A stretch of DNA of 64,000 bases from Microgenomates group bacterium (GTDB lineage: Bacteria; Patescibacteriota; Microgenomatia; UBA1400; MFAQ01): the NCBI GenBank assembly GCA_049303575.1, contig JBAQNH010000002.1:572541-636540 (forward strand). Reading direction: 5' to 3'. Within the stretch, counting starts at the first letter, position 1, and each line of letters opens with the position of its first letter. The notes under the pieces are model-generated. The model saw only the letters and a list, made by a program, of their open reading frames with translations, was not told the origin of the DNA and did no database searches. This document shows, in pieces, positions 9,908 to 18,319 of the stretch. Made by a program: the position numbers and the translations under genes.

Positions 9908-11722
9908 TTGATGATGAAGAGAGTCTCTGTTCTAACACAACTAATTCTCTTTATCGTCGCTTCTCTCATTTTTTCCCCCAAAGCCCTGGCCATCGTCAAG
10001 TTTAGTACCGATTTTCAAAGTTATTATCGTGTTGATCCCAGTGGAAATACCCACGTTTCTTTCATCATCAATCAAAAAAATAACCTTTCGGTTGTTTATG
10101 CTACGGACTTTGGACTCAACATCAACGAAACCAAAGTCTCCAATATAAAGGTCACCGATGAGGGAACTTACATCATTCCCGACGTCGTCAAAACCCTAAA
10201 CCAAACAACTATTTCTTTCCCCTTTGCCAAAAAAGTCGTGGGCAAAGACAAAGTTCATTCATTCATCATCGAGTACGACACCACTGACATTGCCACTAAA
10301 GTTGGCAACACCTGGGAAATTAACATCCCTCGTCTGGAAACTGATGAGAATATCTCCGATCGAACTGTCGTCCTTGCCGTCCCTGACAACTTTCCTGTTC
10401 CTGCATACATCGATCCCAAACCCGACACAGTTAATAAAAATGTCTATTACTTCAACGGCAGTAACCTTGGAAACAAAACTATCAGTGCTGTTTTTGGACA
10501 GACACAATTTTATAAAGGGAACATTTCCTATCACCTAGTTAATGAATCAAAATCCAAAATTAACACCGAAATAGCTCTGCCTCCTGACACCGCCTATCAA
10601 ACTGTTTATTACGAAAAGCTTGACCCCATGCCCTTGACCGTAATTTCCGATGAAGACGGTAATTATCTCGCAAGATATTCTCTCGAGCCAAATTCAAACA
10701 TCGAAATAAAGTTAGCTCTATATATCAAACTCAACTTTACTCCCAAGGCTACCACCCAAACACTTTCAGATAAATTTCTTCTTTCCAACTCAACTTGGAA
10801 CTTTGATAATGGTGTTTTTACTACCCCAGAGATACAAAATTTAACCACCCCAAAAGCAATTTTTGACTTTGTTGTCGACAAGATGAAGTACGACTACGAA
10901 AAAATAAATCGTCAAAAATCTCAAAAAACTCCGGCGGCCGAATCATTTATCAATAGCCAAAGTGCCATCTGCACCGATTTTGCTAATGTTTTTGTCAGCC
11001 TAGCGCGAAAGGTCGGTATTCCGGCACGAGAGCTTGAAGGTTTCGCCATTTCCGACAATCCCAATCTTAAGCCTTTATCTCTAACCCAAGATGTTCTTCA
11101 CGCCTGGCCGGAGTACTACAACCAAGCCACCAAAACTTGGGTTCAAATAGATCCCACCTGGTCAAACACCACCAGGGGAATAGATTACTTTAACAAACTG
11201 GACTTCAACCATATTGTTTTCGCCATCCATGGAGTCAGTCCCGACTATCCGATTCCTGCTGGAGGATATAAATATAAACAGGAAAAAACCAAAGACATTG
11301 CTATTGATCCCGTTCAGTCTCTAACCTTCCCCGAACCAAGCTTTACAATTGCCAACTCAACTCAAAAGGGAGCTGAACTAATTTTTGAAATCACAAACAA
11401 CTCCGGCGTCTCCTACACGGGGAACACCATTGTCGAACGCAACGAAGCTATGGCCGAAACAGAGCAAGAAATCACTGTCCCTCCTTTTGGCACAACCCAG
11501 TTAAAACTTAAGCTAACAAAACAGCCATTCATCGGTCAAATTAAAACAAAAGCTATAATCTACATCAATGGAAACCGTTTTGAACAGCCAATCACCATAC
11601 AGCCAGCGATACCTCAGGTTGGATTTTTCTCCCTCATCGGAGTCTTTTTGGGACTCATTGCCTTCCTTGCCAGGCGTTTACATCTTCGAAGACACAAACA
11701 AAAAACCGTTATATATCGGTAA
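9908..11722 (+). CDS. Secreted/membrane-anchored transglutaminase-like cysteine protease superfamily protein
   Basis: N-terminal signal peptide. Cys-His-Asp core CTDFANVFVSLARKVGIPAR...HAWPEYY...WVQIDPTW. C-terminal hydrophobic anchor (FFSLIGVFLGLIAFLA). The 3' end overlaps uvrC in another frame. Confidence 0.7.
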   Translation: MMMKRVSVLTQLILFIVASLIFSPKALAIVKFSTDFQSYYRVDPSGNTHVSFIINQKNNLSVVYATDFGLNINETKVSNIKVTDEGTYIIPDVVKTLNQTTISFPFAKKVVGKDKVHSFIIEYDTTDIATKVGNTWEINIPRLETDENISDRTVVLAVPDNFPVPAYIDPKPDTVNKNVYYFNGSNLGNKTISAVFGQTQFYKGNISYHLVNESKSKINTEIALPPDTAYQTVYYEKLDPMPLTVISDEDGNYLARYSLEPNSNIEIKLALYIKLNFTPKATTQTLSDKFLLSNSTWNFDNGVFTTPEIQNLTTPKAIFDFVVDKMKYDYEKINRQKSQKTPAAESFINSQSAICTDFANVFVSLARKVGIPARELEGFAISDNPNLKPLSLTQDVLHAWPEYYNQATKTWVQIDPTWSNTTRGIDYFNKLDFNHIVFAIHGVSPDYPIPAGGYKYKQEKTKDIAIDPVQSLTFPEPSFTIANSTQKGAELIFEITNNSGVSYTGNTIVERNEAMAETEQEITVPPFGTTQLKLKLTKQPFIGQIKTKAIIYINGNRFEQPITIQPAIPQVGFFSLIGVFLGLIAFLARRLHLRRHKQKTVIYR

Positions 11723-12914
11723 GTCGATAAGCGTCAAAACACGGATCAAGCAACACTATGAAGGCTTTCAAAGCGGCACGACTTCAGCGGCAAACTTCAT
11801 TCCCAAAACCCATTATCTATATTTTAAAATCGTCAGCAACGATCTTGAAGCCGTTATTACCGAGGCCAACTTCATCAAAACATATCAGCCCCGTTATAAC
11901 GCCATCACCAAAGACGGTAAATCTAATATCTACATCATCTTCACCAATGAACCGGACACCAAAATTAAAATCATTCACGCTACTGACATCCAAAGTTTGG
12001 AGCTAGATGACTACAAAAAACAAGTCTTTGGTCCTTACACTTCCGGCAGAGTCGCCGAAACCTTAGTTAAACTGAGCCGACGTATTTTCGGCTACTGCAA
12101 CGCCCCCTTTAACTCTCAAGGAAGGGCTTGTTTTAATTACCATCTCCATCAGTGCCCCGGTCCTTGCCAGTTTCTCATTACTCCCAAACAATACCACCGC
12201 CATCTCGGACAAATCAAAAAATTTCTCTCTGGTCAATTTGTCCAATTAAATAAAAGTTTAAATCGCCAAATAATTGTGGCCATTAAAAAACAAAACTTTG
12301 AGTTGGCCAATGATCTGAAAAATAAAATCATGAGCCTTGACCAGGCGCTGAAAAACCAAAATTCCAGCCTTCTTTTGAAACTTTCCGATGCCACCGATCA
12401 GGTTCAACATTTGATTGTTAGTACCCTAAAACATCCGTTACTTTCGAAACCACCCGTAAGAATTGAGTGCTACGACTTGGCACATCTCCAAGGCGACAAC
12501 TATGTTGGTTCCATGTCGGTATTTATCAATGGAACTTCAGAACCTTCACTCTACCGCCACTTTAATATCAAGGGAGAAAAAAGATCAGATCCCCATGCTA
12601 TGAAAGAAATTATTTTTCGTCGTTTTAATCATCCGGAGTGGGGGAGACCGGACCTTTTGGTTCTTGATGGTGGAGTACCCCAACTCTCCATTGTCTCTTC
12701 AGTAATACCTCCAAATATTCCCACAATCGCCTTAGCCAAAAAGAGAGAGACTATTTATTTTTACGACAATAATTACGACAATAATAAAGTCACTTCTCTA
12801 AATCTGAATCTCGAAGATCCCGTCCTCAATCTCCTAAGGAATATTCGTGATGAGGCACATCGTTTTGCCACCACATTCCACATCAAAAAACGCCAAGAGT
12901 CGCTCCTGGCGTAA
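11568..12914 (+). CDS. uvrC: Excinuclease ABC subunit C, short form lacking the C-terminal (HhH)2 domain
   Basis: GIY-YIG module (PGVYIFEDTNKKPLYIGKSISVKTRIKQHY), UvrBC-interaction region, and EndoV-like domain with RDEAHRFA. The protein ends about 15 aa after that. The start is ambiguous: ATG 11568, or TTG 11619 which would give the E. coli-like spacing before PGVY. Confidence 0.85.
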   Translation: METVLNSQSPYSQRYLRLDFSPSSESFWDSLPSLPGVYIFEDTNKKPLYIGKSISVKTRIKQHYEGFQSGTTSAANFIPKTHYLYFKIVSNDLEAVITEANFIKTYQPRYNAITKDGKSNIYIIFTNEPDTKIKIIHATDIQSLELDDYKKQVFGPYTSGRVAETLVKLSRRIFGYCNAPFNSQGRACFNYHLHQCPGPCQFLITPKQYHRHLGQIKKFLSGQFVQLNKSLNRQIIVAIKKQNFELANDLKNKIMSLDQALKNQNSSLLLKLSDATDQVQHLIVSTLKHPLLSKPPVRIECYDLAHLQGDNYVGSMSVFINGTSEPSLYRHFNIKGEKRSDPHAMKEIIFRRFNHPEWGRPDLLVLDGGVPQLSIVSSVIPPNIPTIALAKKRETIYFYDNNYDNNKVTSLNLNLEDPVLNLLRNIRDEAHRFATTFHIKKRQESLLA

Positions 12915-12974
12915 TACTTAAGTTTGTCGTGAAGTAATCGACAAAATTTGGGCAAGCTCTTATATACTGGTATT

Positions 12975-13388
12975 ATGAAAGCCTTTTTAAGGGCAATTTT
13001 AATCAACCTTCTCGTCGTCTATCTGGTGGATGCTGTTTATCCAGGATTCTCGATACTTCATGATGCCAAAACACTCATTACTGCCGCCGTTATTTGGCTC
13101 CTGTTAAACAAGATCGTGAAGCCGATTATCAAGCTCCTCTTTCTTCCGATTAATCTCATTACCCTCAACCTATTTTCCTGGGTTGTCAGTCTCATTACCC
13201 TCTTTTTACTACCCTTAATTGTCAGCGGGGTCAAAATTTCCCCTTATGATTTTCCGGGGTTTAGTTACCAGGGTTTTAGCATCCCCGCATTTCACCTCAA
13301 TTTGTTCCTCTCATTTCTCGTTGCCTCCAGTTTTTTGAATTTATTTCACAACACAATCGTCTGGATTATCAAGAAAGACTCAGATTAG
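12975..13388 (+). CDS. Phage_holin_4_2 / DUF360 family membrane protein
   Basis: LINLLVVYLVDAVYPGFSI...ITLNLFSWVVSLITLFLLPLIVSG and four TM segments match the PF04020 pattern. ORF track starts at 12948; the internal Met at 12975 is chosen. Confidence 0.55.
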   Translation: MKAFLRAILINLLVVYLVDAVYPGFSILHDAKTLITAAVIWLLLNKIVKPIIKLLFLPINLITLNLFSWVVSLITLFLLPLIVSGVKISPYDFPGFSYQGFSIPAFHLNLFLSFLVASSFLNLFHNTIVWIIKKDSD

Positions 13389-13412
13389 AGACGCTAGCGT
13401 TATAATTGACCC

Positions 13413-13634
13413 ATGAAACTATCACTCATCGTTCAAATTCTCCTTTCGCTGGTCCTCATTGTCTTAGTTACTCTTCAATCAAAAGAGACCTCGCTCGGTT
13501 CTGGTTTCTCCTCGGTCACCCAGAGTGGCCTTCACACTAAACGTGGACCTGAAAAAATGATTTACTTGGCGACAATTATCGTCGCAATCGTTTTTGTAAT
13601 ATTTTCTTTCCTTAATATTGCTATCTGGAAATGA
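13413..13634 (+). CDS. secG: Preprotein translocase subunit SecG
   Basis: 73 aa, two TM segments, central LQSKETSLGSGFSS...GLHTKRGPEKM loop typical of SecG. Confidence 0.7.
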   Translation: MKLSLIVQILLSLVLIVLVTLQSKETSLGSGFSSVTQSGLHTKRGPEKMIYLATIIVAIVFVIFSFLNIAIWK

Positions 13635-14968
13635 TTAAGACCATAAGAGAGAGAGTTTGGTTCATCAAAGGCTTTCTCCAAAAATACAGTAAACAGATCG
13701 TTATTAGTGTCATTATCACGATTGTTTTTTCTCTTCTCGCCAACATACTCACCAAAAACACCTCCAGTAGGAGATCAGAAATTAAAATCGGCATCGTCGG
13801 TCAGTTCGGTGCCGGTCAGCTTCCTTCATATATTATCGATTACTTGAATGCCGGGTTAGTCTCCATCGACGAAAATCTTCAACCTGTCCCTGGACTTGCC
13901 GAAAAATGGGACATCGAAGACGGAGGTAATACCTACACCTTTTATTTAAAACCGGATCTCGAATGGTACGGAGGTGCAAAAGTTAAAGCCTCGGACATCA
14001 AATTTTCCATTCCCAACATTATTGTCGAAACTCAAGACCCCAACATTATCAAGTTCCGAATTCCTACTAAATTTGCACCCTTCCTCTCACTTTTAAACAT
14101 CCCGCTTCTAAATTCAAAAGGGAGCATCATTGGAAACTACGATATTCGTTTGAAACAAAAAAGTTCGGGGATAATTACCCAGATCATTCTCGAATCAAAC
14201 TCCCAAAAAATAGTTTTTAATGTTTTTTCTACTCCCAAACAGGCAATCACCGCCTTCAAATTAGGTCAGTTGAACTTAATACTAGGGCTACCTTCGGAAT
14301 ACTCAAGTGATCTAACCTCCTACGCCAACCTTGAGGAAAAGACTGATTTTAATCGTGTTGTAATGTTGGTTTTTAATCAAACAGATCCAAATCTAAAAGA
14401 CAAAAATATCCGACAGGGGATTGCTTACGCTCTAAACGACAAGTCCTTTGGACAGGCCGAAGCCCTTACCACCATTAATCCAAACTCTTGGGCCTTTAGT
14501 CCCCTCGTAAAAACCTATGAATACAACATAGGGAGAACAAAAGAGCTCATCACTACTCCCGTCGTCCTGGAACTCGCCACAACACCAGAACTGCTTCCGG
14601 TCGCCGAAGTTATTAAATCACGACTAGACTCGGAACTAATAACCATAAATACCAAAGTCGTAACCTCCACCCCTGATCAATTTCAACTATTACTCACTAC
14701 TTACAATATTCCCATCGATCCTGATCAATATCGAGACTGGCACTCAACCCAAATTACCAATATCGGTAAAGGAGCCGATGAAAAAATCGATAAGCTTCTG
14801 GAAGACGGCCGTATCAACTTAGACCAAAAAGAGAGAAAAAGAATCTATATTGAATTCCAAAAAACCTTTTCGGAAGAACTACCCGCTCTGGTTCTTTACC
14901 ACCCAACCGTCATCGACGTCGCCAGAAACAAAGCAAACTTTGGAATCATAAGTAGCGGCGGTTTATAA
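13631..14968 (+). CDS. Extracellular solute-binding protein, family 5 (oligopeptide/nickel-type SBP), N-terminally membrane-anchored
   Basis: LVSIDENLQPVPGLAEKWDIEDGGNTYTFYLKPDLEWYGGAKVKASDIKFSI is the SBP_bac_5 signature. N-terminal TM helix. Confidence 0.7.
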   Translation: MIKTIRERVWFIKGFLQKYSKQIVISVIITIVFSLLANILTKNTSSRRSEIKIGIVGQFGAGQLPSYIIDYLNAGLVSIDENLQPVPGLAEKWDIEDGGNTYTFYLKPDLEWYGGAKVKASDIKFSIPNIIVETQDPNIIKFRIPTKFAPFLSLLNIPLLNSKGSIIGNYDIRLKQKSSGIITQIILESNSQKIVFNVFSTPKQAITAFKLGQLNLILGLPSEYSSDLTSYANLEEKTDFNRVVMLVFNQTDPNLKDKNIRQGIAYALNDKSFGQAEALTTINPNSWAFSPLVKTYEYNIGRTKELITTPVVLELATTPELLPVAEVIKSRLDSELITINTKVVTSTPDQFQLLLTTYNIPIDPDQYRDWHSTQITNIGKGADEKIDKLLEDGRINLDQKERKRIYIEFQKTFSEELPALVLYHPTVIDVARNKANFGIISSGGL

Positions 14969-14973
14969 GTTAG

Positions 14974-15047
14974 TGGACCCTGAGGGATTCGAACCTTCGA
15001 CCTCCTCGATGTAAACGAGGCGCTCTAACCAACTGAGCTAAGAGTCC
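14974..15047 (-). tRNA. tRNA-Val (anticodon TAC)
   Basis: Reverse complement folds as GGACTCT/AGGGTCC acceptor, D-loop AGTTGGTTA, anticodon loop TTTACAT, T-loop TTCGAAT. No encoded CCA. Confidence 0.85.
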
Positions 15048-15063
15048 GACATTAGAGATATTG

Positions 15064-15147
15064 TGCGCGGGAGAGGACTTGAACCTCCACGCCTTTTAGG
15101 GGCACTAGCACCTCAAGCTAGCCTGGCTACCATTACAGCACCCGCGC
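15064..15147 (-). tRNA. tRNA-Leu (anticodon GAG), long variable arm
   Basis: Acceptor GCGCGGG/CCCGCGC, anticodon stem CTAGC/GCTAG with loop TTGAGGT, T-loop TTCAAGT, extended variable arm. Confidence 0.8.
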
Positions 15148-15256
15148 ATAAAACTCATCTGCTTAAAATTTCACAAATTTTATCTCTTTTTCTAGATAAA
15201 CAGACGACATCGCTATTATAATACAGCTTCCTGATTAAAACCAACGATCTAGGTAC

Positions 15257-15337
15257 ATTGTGTGTGGGCGGGGAGGGACTCGAACCCTCATGAGTTGCCT
15301 CACAGCGTCCTGAACGCTGCGCGTCTACCATTTCGCC
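15257..15337 (-). tRNA. tRNA-Leu (anticodon CAG), long variable arm
   Basis: Acceptor GGGCAGG/CCCGCCC (one A-C mismatch), anticodon stem CAGCG/CGCTG with loop TTCAGGA, T-arm GAGGGTTCGAGTCCCTC. Confidence 0.7.
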
Positions 15338-15419
15338 ACCTGCCCAACCCTCATATTATCTCATTAAAACAGGCTCATGTGATAAAATACTTCATCCAAA
15401 ACCCTTCAGGAGGTGTCCT

Positions 15420-15662
15420 TTGAGAATCGAAAAAGACATAAATGCCAGAACCCTAACCGAAGAACGGAAAAGGGCCTGTATCGCCTGCAACCTTCTCCAA
15501 CAAGCTCAGCACCAAATTCGACTCCAACTCAAGCAAGCCATCATCGACCAAGACGCAGAGAAAATTACTTCTTTGCGTCGTCAACTCAAAAACAATCGTC
15601 GGGGCTATACCGGCCTTCGCCACCTGAACAAAGTTCTTCTTCGTCTCCGTCGATACATCTAA
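15420..15662 (+). CDS. Small basic hypothetical protein (80 aa)
   Basis: TTG start 6 nt after AGGAGG. Followed at 15671-15696 by a hairpin/T-run terminator. Arg/Lys-rich. No domain recognised. Confidence 0.4.
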   Translation: MRIEKDINARTLTEERKRACIACNLLQQAQHQIRLQLKQAIIDQDAEKITSLRRQLKNNRRGYTGLRHLNKVLLRLRRYI

Positions 15663-15670
15663 ACGAAATC

Positions 15671-15696
15671 AGCCACTCCACAAGAGTGGCTTTTTT
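15671..15696 (+). terminator. Rho-independent terminator (AGCCACTC-cacaa-GAGTGGCT followed by T6)
   Basis: Read directly from the sequence. Confidence 0.65.
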
Positions 15697-15714
15697 GATA
15701 TAATCAAGGCTGTT

Positions 15715-15787
15715 GCCAAGCTAGCCAAGGTGGTCACGGCGCGAGTCTGAAAAACTTGAGATTGAGGTTCAACTCCTCAGCTTGGCA
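15715..15787 (+). tRNA. tRNA-Phe (anticodon GAA)
   Basis: Acceptor GCCAAGC/GCTTGGC, anticodon stem CGAGT/ACTTG with loop CTGAAAA, T-arm TGAGGTTCAACTCCTCA. Preceded by a TATAAT box. Confidence 0.75.
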
Positions 15788-15802
15788 CATTGCACAGCCT
15801 AT

Positions 15803-15876
15803 GCGGGAATAGCTCAGTTGGCTAGAGCGTCTCCTTGCCAAGGAGAAGGTCGCGAGTTCGAGTCTCGTTTCCCGCT
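15803..15876 (+). tRNA. tRNA-Gly (anticodon GCC)
   Basis: GCGGGAATAGCTCAGTTGGCTAGAGC..., anticodon stem TCTCC/GGAGA with loop TTGCCAA, T-loop TTCGAGT, acceptor TTCCCGC, discriminator U. Confidence 0.85.
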
Positions 15877-15917
15877 CATTTCGATAAAGAATTATCTTTT
15901 GGGTATAATATACCTAC

Positions 15918-16763
15918 GTGAATAGTGAACATCAGCCACACCTTGAGTTTGAAAAGAATTTAATTTCAGAATATTTCAGATTAGGTTCAATCAACAAAGT
16001 CTTTCAGCAACACAAGTACAACCTTCCCATTTCCTTTGCCAGTTTTGACCGTGTTCTAAGTAAGTATGGCGTTGTTAAATCCGCTGGTCCAAACTCAAAA
16101 CTTTCAGAATCACTTTTCATTCTCAGTCTCCTGGCAAACTACAAAATTCCTCTCGAAAAAGTCTATCATCGATTTGCACCAAAATCGATTCAGGTCTCCA
16201 CCAACACCCTCCATCGCATTCTCCACTACACTCGTTTAGGACTAACTCGCAGACAGGGAGCCGCTCTAATTATCTCGCCAAAAGGTAAGCCTCACCAAGT
16301 TTTGCTTGGCAAAGATCTAAGCTTAACCAAATCATCACTGGGTAATAGGGGAGATCTCTCGTTGCCCATGGGTCACTCTAAAATTGGAGAACCCATCAAA
16401 GACACCATTGCTCGTATTCTTCAAAATGAGGTTTTTACCGATAAAGTCATAAATAAAACTTTTCCCTGGGAAGTCATTCCGGAGCATATTAAACCAGTAA
16501 TGTACATTAACATTGCCGATATCCAAGTTTCGGTTTACAAGCTGGAGCTACCACAAAACCTAAATCAATTTTCCAGTTTCAAGCTTACAAAACAAAAATA
16601 TACTCGCTTAGACAACCTACCCAAATCAAGTTTTCGTCCCGGAGTTAAAGATATTCTTAATCATTACTCAAATCTACGTACCAACAACTATTCAGAAACA
16701 CTCGTTCACGACTCGGAGCTAAACGCCAAGATTTACGCTCTTGCCAAGGAGCCTGCAGAGTAA
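15918..16763 (+). CDS. Hypothetical protein (281 aa)
   Basis: GTG start downstream of a TATAAT. No confident domain assignment. Confidence 0.5.
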   Translation: MNSEHQPHLEFEKNLISEYFRLGSINKVFQQHKYNLPISFASFDRVLSKYGVVKSAGPNSKLSESLFILSLLANYKIPLEKVYHRFAPKSIQVSTNTLHRILHYTRLGLTRRQGAALIISPKGKPHQVLLGKDLSLTKSSLGNRGDLSLPMGHSKIGEPIKDTIARILQNEVFTDKVINKTFPWEVIPEHIKPVMYINIADIQVSVYKLELPQNLNQFSSFKLTKQKYTRLDNLPKSSFRPGVKDILNHYSNLRTNNYSETLVHDSELNAKIYALAKEPAE

Positions 16764-16797
16764 TTCCTCGAAGCTAATGGTAAAATACAACTGGTAT

Positions 16798-16870
16798 TGC
16801 CGAGTCGTCTAGTGGTAGGACGCCTCCCTTTGGAGGAGGATATCCTAGGTTCGAGTCCTAGCTCGGCAAC
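16798..16870 (+). tRNA. tRNA-Gln (anticodon TTG)
   Basis: U1:A72 acceptor TGCCGAG/CTCGGCA (typical of bacterial tRNA-Gln), anticodon stem CCTCC/GGAGG with loop CTTTGGA, T-arm CTAGGTTCGAGTCCTAG. Confidence 0.8.
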
Positions 16871-16969
16871 TAAATAATATTCTCCCATACAGGGAGAATA
16901 TTTTTATCAAAACGAAACCCAAAGAATCGTGTCTTCCTCCACAAACATATTGCTCTCTGCTGTAGATCT

Positions 16970-17758
16970 ATGTATATTGATCTCATGCCTGAAGGATATA
17001 ATTTTGAAACACCACAAGGAGATAATAGGATTGATGAACAGTTGCAAAGCCGCATCAGAAACAATATTAACCTTGTAAAAAACCAAGAAAAAACACCCCT
17101 CGACAGGGAGATTAGAATTTTCGGGGACACCTTTGAAATGATTGCTTTGGCGGAAAATCATCAGAATCATCCGGAAACACAGGTCCAACAAGATCTCCGA
17201 AAACTAATTGAAAAAATTTATCAAAATGCAGAGCTTATTCTAGGAACAGCTCACGAAAGACCAAGTAAGCCAGACAGCATCAGTGTTACTTTCGATAATC
17301 AGGGTAAACTGGTCATCGACGAAGTTGTTGAGCTCAAATCCTCAAACAACGCCTTTATTCACGGACTCAAAAAGGAACAACCCGCAAAAACCCTGGAAAC
17401 TATTGGTGCCGTCGTCACCATCCTTAATCGACTCAAAAAAGGAGAGGAGACCACCAAAATACTTCCCAAAGACAGTGATTTGTCGTTAGACAAGAGAATC
17501 AAAAGAGATGTCGAGCTCAAAAAAATAAAGGAGCAAGTACTCTTAATCACCAAGGACAAAGGTCCAATTACTTTTTCTCCCGACATGATCTATCGCATTA
17601 TTGTCCCCAAAGGAGAAGAACTACCCACCTTTAATTCTCGTCTCCTTGAAGAATTTGGTTATGCCGTAACCTTAAAAATTTCTCACAGCGACTACTCCAA
17701 AAAAGATATTCATGGAATCATTAATAAAATTACCTCCGAAGAGTCTATTTATCATTAA
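16970..17758 (+). CDS. Hypothetical protein (262 aa)
   Basis: Long ORF with coding-like composition. No recognisable domain. Confidence 0.5.
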   Translation: MYIDLMPEGYNFETPQGDNRIDEQLQSRIRNNINLVKNQEKTPLDREIRIFGDTFEMIALAENHQNHPETQVQQDLRKLIEKIYQNAELILGTAHERPSKPDSISVTFDNQGKLVIDEVVELKSSNNAFIHGLKKEQPAKTLETIGAVVTILNRLKKGEETTKILPKDSDLSLDKRIKRDVELKKIKEQVLLITKDKGPITFSPDMIYRIIVPKGEELPTFNSRLLEEFGYAVTLKISHSDYSKKDIHGIINKITSEESIYH

Positions 17759-17784
17759 CGAAAATTAGTTTAGAATGTCTTCTT

Positions 17785-18231
17785 ATGGATAATAAAGCCA
17801 CCCAAACAACAATACCAGCAGGTACAAACGAAGAAGTTACCAACCTCTTTACCATTGAAAACCTAATCAAAACCCACATCTCACACATTGAGACAGTCAA
17901 AACCGAGCTCAGCAAACAAGTCGAGATGATGAATGATATCCAAAACAACGACCCGGAATTCAAAGAAGCCGCCGACCAAGGCAAAGAAGTAAACAAAAAA
18001 AAGGCCGAAGCCAAACAAAACATTCTCAAATCTCCCTCAAATGCTTCTCTAAACCAAAAAATCAAGGATATGCGCCAAGAACTAAAGGAACTTAAAGGGG
18101 CTCTATCAAACTACCTGCAGCAGTATCAAAGAATTGCCGACACCGACCAAATTGAAAGTGAAGACGGAGAAGTTCGCCAAATCGTCTATTCTGCTCGTTT
18201 GGTAAAACTCACCTCAAAGTTCGGTAAATAG
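17785..18231 (+). CDS. Hypothetical coiled-coil protein (148 aa)
   Basis: Charged, heptad-like sequence (KELKGALSNYLQQYQRIAD). No domain recognised. Confidence 0.45.
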   Translation: MDNKATQTTIPAGTNEEVTNLFTIENLIKTHISHIETVKTELSKQVEMMNDIQNNDPEFKEAADQGKEVNKKKAEAKQNILKSPSNASLNQKIKDMRQELKELKGALSNYLQQYQRIADTDQIESEDGEVRQIVYSARLVKLTSKFGK

Positions 18232-18319
18232 TAAACTGGCTACAAATACGCTCTTATAGGGTGTATAATAACCAGGTTAATCGCTTGCCCGGCGGCTAAA
18301 AACCGCCCAAACCCAAACT

